Below the pieces are notes generated by a model that was given only the letters and a program-made list of their open reading frames with translations, did no database searches and was not told where the DNA came from. From the human T2T-CHM13v2.0 reference genome, Homo sapiens, in the NCBI RefSeq assembly GCF_009914755.1, contig NC_060930.1: a stretch of 64,000 nucleotides of DNA. One strand, 5' to 3'. How positions within the stretch are numbered: position 1 is the stretch's first letter; each line of letters starts with the position of its first letter. Both the position numbers and the translations under genes were made by a program. Positions 55,241 to 64,000 of this stretch are shown piece by piece.

Positions 55241-58200
55241 TTTACTTGTTGCCTTCTGGGGACTTAGTTCCCTGGTTCCAAGCATGAAAATTGGTGGCGG
55301 GTGGGAGAACACAGCAGGGAAGCACAGGCCCCTGGTGGAAGCACAGAGCTATTTTAAAGGACAGGCAGGGCCCTTCTGAGCCCCACAGGGAAATTAAGCA
55401 GCCTGATTCTCAGGCTCAAGAGCCAAGGTGGAGGCCAGAATGCAAGGCTGCAGGTGGGCTCTGGCTCGCTGGGTGCTGGGGCTCTGGCCCGTGCAGGAGG
55501 GGAAAACAATCCAGGTCTATGGGGAAACAGCTTCAAAGCCGAGATGGTTACCAGTGGAAAAGCAACCCAGACAGACCATATGAGACACACCCATTCATGC
55601 AAACACCACCTCTCACACATAAGCCACTGTCCACACATACACACTCACCAGTACACACACACTGCACCAGGACTTGCCTGCCTGCCCAAAGAGCAGCTCC
55701 AGAAGAGAGCAGACAACCTTTGGGACAGTGTGTGCCTGGGCCTGTGTGCTCCGCAGGAGGCCTGGGAGTGTGGAGGCTCCCACAGCAGGTCTAGGAGCCC
55801 ACTCTCTCCTCCACACGGCTCTGCCTCTGCCTCCCACCTGCCTAAACCCCAGCTCCATCTGAACAATGAGAAACCTACGTCCTGCCCACCTGAGGCTGGC
55901 AAGGACCCAAATTTTAATTGGTCACCTGCCTGCTGACTCCCCTCTCCCCCAGTATACCACCATCCTCCTCACCAGGTTGCTGGGGGGTAATCAGCAGAGT
56001 GGAGCTCTGACTTCAGGGTTCCCTGAGAGGCAGCCATACCGCAAGGCCTGTGCCCACTCCCATGTACACTCACACGGGACAGCTGTAAAGTCCACCCTCT
56101 TCCCAACGACACAGCTTCTGAAGGGCCAGGGACCCTCATCCACCCTGTCCATGAAGAGGTGACAGCTCTCAACTCCACACCCATTTTCAGCTCAGAAACA
56201 CACATCCACTGACCTCTTTCACCACCGCAGGCTGGACCTCTTCCACCACCACAGGGCCCCCCAGGCTCAGATGGGCTCCAAAGAAACCCTAAATCATGGG
56301 GCCAGAATCCCAAGCAGGCCTAGGATGTCCAAAAAAGAACCATCAACTAGGGAGGGTCAGTCTGGTCGCAGCAGGGTGTGTGATTTCATGGGTTCTGGAA
56401 AGGCCCTCGGCCCCAAAATATCTTCCCTCTGGGTCCGGAAATCCCTCCCAACCCTCAGATTCACTGCCGGGAGAGGCTCCCACCTGAAGCTCTCGTCAGC
56501 TCACACCCCTGGGAGAGGCAGCTGACAGCTGGCCTGAGAGCGGCCAAAGATGGGCGGGGGAGAGTGGGTGCCAGGCCTGGTGACCGTCATCTCGCCAGGG
56601 CCGCCCTGCCCACGAGTTCCCACCAGGAGAGGGCGCTCTTCCTCCCCAACCCCAGAGCGCAGGTCCCCAGAATCCAGCACCTCTGGCCAGGGAGAGGGGC
56701 CTAGCAAGGACAGGGGCCTCAGCATGGCCTTCCACGTCCATGCCAGGGGAAACCAAGGCCTGCCCCAACTGTCCCCTTGAGGAAGCTGAAGTGCCAGACA
56801 GCTGGAGGGGATGGGAGCCCTGAGAGCAGGGAGGTGGGGGGCAGAAGGGGGAATTAACCAGGTTCCAAAATAGCAGAGTTGGTTCTGCCTCACTTCACCC
56901 TGTGCAGTGTCTGGCAGCTTCTGCTTTCGATCTGAGTCACGCCTGGTGGGGGCAGGACGGGGCAGCCAGTGCTGGCAGAGGCCACTAGACAGCACAGGCA
57001 GTGGCCCAGGAACTCAGCGGGGGCTCTTCTCCCCTCACAACACACACCTACACCCACCCCCAACCACCCTTACACCCCCCCACCCCCATCCTGCCCAAGA
57101 GTTGGGGTTCTGGGAAGAGCTAACAGGGGCCCACCCCAGGATTCCCAAATGCTGTCAGCTGCCCTAGACCCAGAATTCAGCTTTGCTCCTGCCCTGTCCA
57201 TGTGCGCTCCGGCTGGCATTCCCACCCCATCTCTGTCAGGGAGCCAGAGGAGAAGACCTGACCTGGAAGCCACCATCTCCCCCCATAGAGGAGAAATGGC
57301 CTCCTATGGCAACATTCCAACAGCCCACCAAGTCACCCACCCACCGGATGGAGTGAGTGAGCTGTCCCCCAACCTGCCCCCATCTCCCCCCGCCCACACC
57401 CAGGTATGAAAGGAACAGGAAGCAAAATTCACACACACACACTTCCAGCCCTTTTCCTGTCCTTAAACACCATAAGAAGCACTCTGCCTTTACCAGGACA
57501 GAGCGAGGAGTGGGGTGTGTTGAACTCTGCATGTGATGGGGTCGGGGGAGGAGCATCGGGAAGTCTGCTCTTTCATCATCATTCTCTTCCACTCATCTGG
57601 GCTCCATGCCCTCCTGCCTGCCCAGCCCCAAGGCTCAGAGCTGCTCTGCTTTCCCCCATAGAGTTGAGACTCAGGCAGCAGCTGCCTTACACCTTCTCCC
57701 TGGACCCAAGATGCTTGAGCTCAAACCTGAGACATAAACCCCATCTTCCAATGCCTGAACCAATCCTCTCTGTTCTCCTCCCAACAACACACCTGCCTGG
57801 AGTGAGTGCAGCCACCTTCCTATCCAAGTGGCGGAGTGGGGAGATGATAGACTCGGGCTGCCATGGCTGGGCCTGCCCACAGGGTAGGGAATGGCACAGG
57901 CAGACACACTCCTACCCCTGCCACCCCAGCACACGCACCCAGAGCAGACCTGGTTTGGAAATGAAACATCAAGGGGAAAGGCTGGGGCTGGTGGCTGGAG
58001 GAAGAAGTCAGAGGGGCTGTGACTTGGCGTGCCTGCCTGTGGCCCAGGACCACGTCTCCAGGGGAAGCACACCGCCAGGCCCAGCCCCTGCCCCATCCCC
58101 ATCTCCTGCCCTTCCCCTAGCCCCCACCCCAGAAGGCCTTACCTACACGCCACTTCCCTCTTTTAATTCTTCCCATTCCCTCAGCCCTATAGGGTGCGAG

Positions 58201-59029
58201 ACCTGTAGCCTGAAGCTGGGAGGGCTGGGGATGGGAACAGGTGGAGCCCAGGGGAAGAAGGCTCCTCTCCAAGAAGCAGACATGACAGAGCCTGTGCCAG
58301 GGCAAACAGGTATGCCACCGCACGAAATTACTCCCCCACCAAAATGTCCCTGAATTGTATCCTGTTCCTGACAGAGACACAGAGGGAGGCTACTAGGAGG
58401 CTCAGTTCCCGGCTGACTAAAAGGCAGCCACGTGGCGGCCATGGGGCTAGGGGAAGAGGCAGGCGCAGTGACAGAAAGGAAAAGGAAGTCAGAAAAACCA
58501 CTACAATCACAGCCTCAGGATGCTAGAGTTGGGAGGGAAGTGGAAGACGGCTCTAGGCTCTGTGGCGCCCAGCACGTCTGTACCTCCCTCTAGGAGAGGA
58601 TGCCATGCCACAGGGGCATTGCTGGCCTTGCACAAGGCCTGGGATGGGCGAGCCAGTGTCTGCCACATGGCAGGCGCCTCAGCCGCACAGGTCACCTTCC
58701 TCTGCTGTGAGTGCCTGGAGGCATCCTGACAGCTTCCTCTTTTTGTCCATGGCACCTTGTAGATGCTCCCTAAGTATCTGTGAAACACAGTGAGCGTGGA
58801 ACTGGCGACTGGGGAAGGGTCTGCCTGGGGAAGCCTCTTGGACATAGAAAGGGAGATGTGGGAAGAGGGCTTGGCAGACCCCCAGGGCTGGGCTTGATGA
58901 GGTGGCAAAAGCTATCAGGGCCCCAGCCACATGCTCTGGGCCCTCACGATGTCAAAAGTGCCCACCTGAAGATTTCCAGGTGCCAGCACCTGAATTGGTG
59001 CCTGAACCAATGAAGTTAGCTCCCTCCCT

Positions 59030-59270
59030 TCCCCACCACCTCTTAGCCAAAGACACCTATCACTTGACTGGGGAACTCTAAAGCATATTCTGCAGAGACC
59101 TCCAATGGCAGTGAGCCTCAGATGCCCACAGTCACCTTGCTCCTTCACACACATTTTATCAGCTTCCTTGCCTTCCTGTCTCATGAATCCTACTCTACCA
59201 CTGGTGCTCCCTGGGGGAGCCTCCCAAATAAACTGTTTGCACTCATATCCTTGCCTCACCCAATGGGCCC
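59030..59270 (+). mobile_element. ERVL LTR16-like remnant
   Basis: ...cctcccaaataaactgtttgcactcatatccttgcctc; a similar antisense fragment lies at about 10505-10700. Confidence 0.5.
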
Positions 59271-60000
59271 TGAGGAGGCAATTATGACCTGATACTGAAT
59301 AGCTAACTCTAAAGCTTAGAAATAGGGACCAATAAAAGGGTCAGAGTAATGCAAGCTAGCCCACCCTACAGGGAAGGAGAGAGGCAGGTGTGAGCTAGGG
59401 GAAGACCAGTCACTGGGGAGACTGGTCAAGCTGGATGCAATGGCCAAATGTGTACTTGGAACTTCCCCACTTGGCGGAAGGTTAAGACTGCCCTCAGAAG
59501 GAGAGCTGGGATGGTAGAGAGAAGAAAACAGGACTTGCCAGAGTTGCAAGTTGCATGGAGAAGAAACCTCCATACCGGGGGTAGTGATGGCAACATTAGG
59601 TTGCTGGTAGCAAATGCCAGTAGGACTAGAAGCCCAGCATTGCCTTCTGCCCCCAGGCTGCTCCTAGGATAGAGCTATAGAGCTCCAGCATTCCAGAACC
59701 TTGGCATGCCCGTTCATTCAATAACACAGCTATTATGTTCCGCACTTAGAACTAGGCACTGGTGACACCAACAGAGGCCATTTGATTAAACACTAAGAGT
59801 GTGTGTTTTGAACCTAGTCAAGCTGAATCCCAGATCTGTCACTTTCTAGCTGTGTGACCTTCAACTTACTTAAATTCCCAGGGTCGCAGTATCCTCATGT
59901 GTAAAATTAGGACAATATCCACCCTGGAGAATTTCTGTAAGGATTAAACATAAAGTATCTAATGCAGTACCTGGCACAGGATAGGTGCTCAATAAATATT

Positions 60001-60612
<612 letters not shown>

Positions 60613-62775
60613 GATCTTTCCACTAAATTTATAAACGAGAAAATAAGATTCCATCACTCCCTAATTTATCTATTTTGGAAATCTACATTTTCATTAAACA
60701 GGTTGACAAATATAAAGTAAGATCCTTCTAATGGGCCTTAGCCACATAACTGGGGCAGAGTCATTCCCTGAAGGATGTATAGAGTTACATCAGAATAGAG
60801 GATATCCTCCTGGCTCAGTTGCCTTCATACCAGCTCCCACCATGTGGTCATGCCATGCCAGTACCCATCTCTCAGCAAGTCCAACTCCACCCAACTCCTA
60901 TTCCAGAGAAGGTGGGTCAGGGACCAGATAAAGGAAGGGGAAGCCAGGTAAAAGCACAGCAGGGACAACAGGCCAGGATGGCCAAGGAGAAGAAGCCAAG
61001 AACAGAATGCAGGGATTTGGGACAGGGGTAACTACGGATCAGAAAGAAGAGGCTGAAGAGCAGAGAGGATTTATTGTCTTTGGAGAAATGAAGAAAGAAA
61101 ATATTCCTCAGAGAACAAGGGAGCAAAAACAAAATGAAACAGATGGAGCAACATAGAAAGACCATTTTTTTCCTGCTCCATCACCCCCAATTGCTCTCCA
61201 CTACCTACCAGATAAAGTCCAAGCGCTCTAGTTGGGCCTCCAAAGCATGCAGGATCCCTCTCCCTAAACAAACACTGGGTGCAGCCAAGGGGACCTCCTT
61301 GCTCTCTCACGCCAACCCAATCTGGGCCCCCAGACCCTCCCCCAGTTCCTCTCCCACAGATTATCCAACTTCTCCTCCTCTCTGGAAGCCCTGCTCCAGG
61401 GTCTCCTCCTCCTCCCGACAGCACACCCTGACTTCACCCACCTCTAATCACCATTTGGGCACAATTACTTACTCTGTTCCAAGCCTGGTTCTGTGTCTGA
61501 AACAGGAATACAAGGATGAATAAGACAGCCCTTGCCCTATGGTTTTTACAATCCAGCTTGGAAAAAACATCATCACCTGATAGCATATATTGTATTTCTT
61601 CTACCACTATGGATAATACTAAAACTTGTATTGAGTTGTAAAACCATCTATCAAGGATGGCTTCTAAAGCCGTGATAGAGCCAGTGCCAGGCCCTTGGCT
61701 TTATCATGTATTAATTCATTTGGCCTTCCCAATAACACTAGGAAGTAGGAAATACTACTGTACTCATTTTACAAATGAGAAACAGGTACAAAGAAGTCAC
61801 CTCTCTGGTTTTCTCAGCTGCAGTGTGAACTCCTTGAGGGCTGTCCCTTGGTTTCCTCCTCTCCCACACAGGCTCCAGGTAGAGGACACTCGGACATGGC
61901 CCTCTGGGCTCAACGTCCCCACCGCTGTGGCCTTAGGTGAAGGTGTGCTGACTGGTGGGTGGGAATGGTATACATGCAGGAAAATGAGCGCCAGCAGAAT
62001 GGAGGAGACTGGCCTCCCAGGTGGGGTATGAAAGGACACAGTCTCGGTGTCCCCTTCCAGCATCTCTCTTCCCTGCCTGTCCCCAAGGTCCAGCCCTGGC
62101 ATTTCACAATCCTGCAGTCACTGCAGAATTCCCTGTCCCTTTGCTAAGAGCGCTGAGGTGGTGTAGAAGGAGGGAGCCAGGCTTCATGCCCAAGACAGAC
62201 AGGGGAACAAAAGGGTGGGCTGTTGGAGAAGGGAGGAGCCCTTCAGCTCCCCCAAGCCCCAGGGGGTCAAGCCTCTCTGAGTGAATAAGCCTAGCCTGGA
62301 AAGTAAAACACAGGGCAGGCCCCAAAAGGGTCATGTCTGGGCACCCTCACCTTGGCAGGGGGGTGGGGGAACATGGGCCTGCGGCAGAGGCAGGGCCCTC
62401 ATGGCACCGAGCTGGGCTGCCCCCTTGGCAGGCTCACCCAGCTCAGAGGCCTCTTCAGGCTGGGAAAGCTGAGGAGGTGGATGGCTCAGACCCAACTTAG
62501 AATAGAACTATCATGAGGCATTGAGTGGGGTTCTGGGTTGGTGAAGGGGGCTTCGCACAGCCTATAGAGCTCAGCAGTGGGGGTCCAGTCCCCAGCCCCG
62601 GCCATACCTCACCTCAATATTTCTATCCCCTCCTAGAAGGCACAGTGGATGTACAGTGCAGGTAGAGCAGGGAAACTGAGGCACAGAGCCTGTCCTCCAG
62701 CTCTGGAAACCTGCTCTGCCTGTCTGGCCACCAGCACCATCCTTGAAAATGAACCCCCATGTTTCTCACAAGCAC

Positions 62776-62841
62776 ACAGGACTCCAAATCCTACCATTCC
62801 AGGGTCCTACAGGACTCCAGATCCTACCGTCTCAGGGTCCT
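62776..62841. repeat. 33-bp tandem duplication (2 copies)
   Basis: acaggactccaaatcctaccattccagggtcct / acaggactccagatcctaccgtctcagggtcct. Confidence 0.9.
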
Positions 62842-64000
62842 CTTCTACCCTGGGGACATATATTTTCGAGAAAGAGGCTCCCCAAAGTGGGGCTGTGGAA
62901 AGAGGGCACCGTGCCTTTTCCTGAGTCCTGGTCTGGGATTGGGTGACGAGACCAGTAAGGGGCTCAGCCACAGCTCTGGGCTCCAACCCCGGCTCTGCTT
63001 CTCACTAGCCATGAGGCCTTGGGCAAGTTACTGAAGCCTCTCAGGGCCTCAGTTTCCTCCTCGGAGAACAGGACTAAGTCTCCCTGCTCTTGTCTCTCAT
63101 AGTTGATAGTATCCAAAAGGTCCTGGTACCCCACCCAGGACTCATACCCTTAATCACTAGTCCTCCCTCTTCCTCCTCACCAGGGGCCCAAGGGCTCAAG
63201 CACTGGCAGGGGCTGCTGAGGAGCTGACGGAGCCACTGCTGTTGATAGAGCCGGTGCCAGGCCCTGGGCAGGCACGGGGCCCAGGCACACAATGGGGCTG
63301 TGTGTGCACCCAGCGTTACTCTGGAGTGGAGCTGGGCAGGCAGGCTGGCATCTGGGGTCAGGCCAAGAATTCATGTCTCTGGAGAAAGCCTCCCCACCCC
63401 CTCCCAGGCAGCACAGCTCTTTCCAGGGGTGAGCAAGCACCACCCACTCCCCCACCCGGCCTAGGAAGGGAATGGGAACTTGCCCTGGTGGCAGGTACTG
63501 GGAAATGGGGACTCCTGAGTCTAGCCACTGGCTGGGCTGCTCGCTTGCGAGGCATTTTGGACCTATTACGTAATCTGGGGTTGCAGCCTCCTCTTTGGCC
63601 AGAGGGAGGGTGAAGTCTGCGGGGGCCAGGAGAAGGAGCAAGAGAAGTCTGGCTGCGACCCCCACCCCATACAGAGGGCCTCAGTCCTCCCTCCCCAGCT
63701 TACCAGGGCCCTGGGCTCAGCACAGGTTTTCTGAGGCACCCAGGACTCCTGGCCACCCAGCCTGCACCAGGGTGCTGGGGTACCCCAGGAGAGGAGCTGG
63801 CTCACTCCCCAGGAGAATGAGTCACCAGCTGGCTGCAGCCAGGATGGCGAGGCAGGTGGTGGGCAGGTGGAGCTTGTCCTCTCCTGTCCCTGGCAGGTCT
63901 TCTCAAGCTGGAAAGCCACTCAGCTGGTATCAGTGCTGACCACAGCATCCCAGCCCAGGCCTCACTGGGCCACTTCTTCTGGTGCAGGGACCGTCTGGCC

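Noticed and set aside
57406-58353. Longest free-standing ORF (315 aa, + strand, antisense in the TFEB intron)
   Set aside because: Pro/Leu/Ser/Gly-rich with no recognisable domain or exon structure; long stop-free frames are expected in GC-rich DNA. It would need Ribo-seq or PhyloCSF support.

Overview
This is mammalian (human) genomic DNA that I recognise from the protein sequences as the MDFI-TFEB interval (6p21.1). It is not prokaryotic, and there are no CRISPR arrays, tRNA or rRNA genes. The + strand carries the last two coding exons and 3'UTR of MDFI (I-mfa; 604-828 and 3858-4114, AATAAA at 4761). The - strand carries all eight coding exons of TFEB (ATG 41775 to TGA 35161; 1431 nt = 476 aa, every junction GT-AG), its 3'UTR (AGTAAA at 34554-34559) and about 22 kb of its large 5' intron; the main TFEB first exon lies beyond the window. 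The ~30 kb between the two convergent 3' ends holds many Alu, L1, L2, MIR and LTR remnants. It also holds a processed NPM1 pseudogene copied from the short B23.2-type mRNA, nested in a ~270-bp local duplication inside an old L1. The most interesting non-coding signals are a chain of short homeodomain-motif-dense islands (candidate developmental enhancers, one with a TAAT-N6-CAGATG 'Coordinator'-type site just past the MDFI poly(A) signal), a CpG island with a near-perfect CTCF site just past the TFEB 3' end, and an AP-1/IRF composite site cluster in the TFEB intron. Several isoform routes are predictable from sequence: MDFI intronic polyadenylation, NMD-escaping TFEB exon skipping and an N-terminally extended TFEB. 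I see no convincing new protein-coding system; the remaining ORFs look like GC-rich or repeat-derived noise. Repeat subfamily names and boundaries are by eye and approximate.
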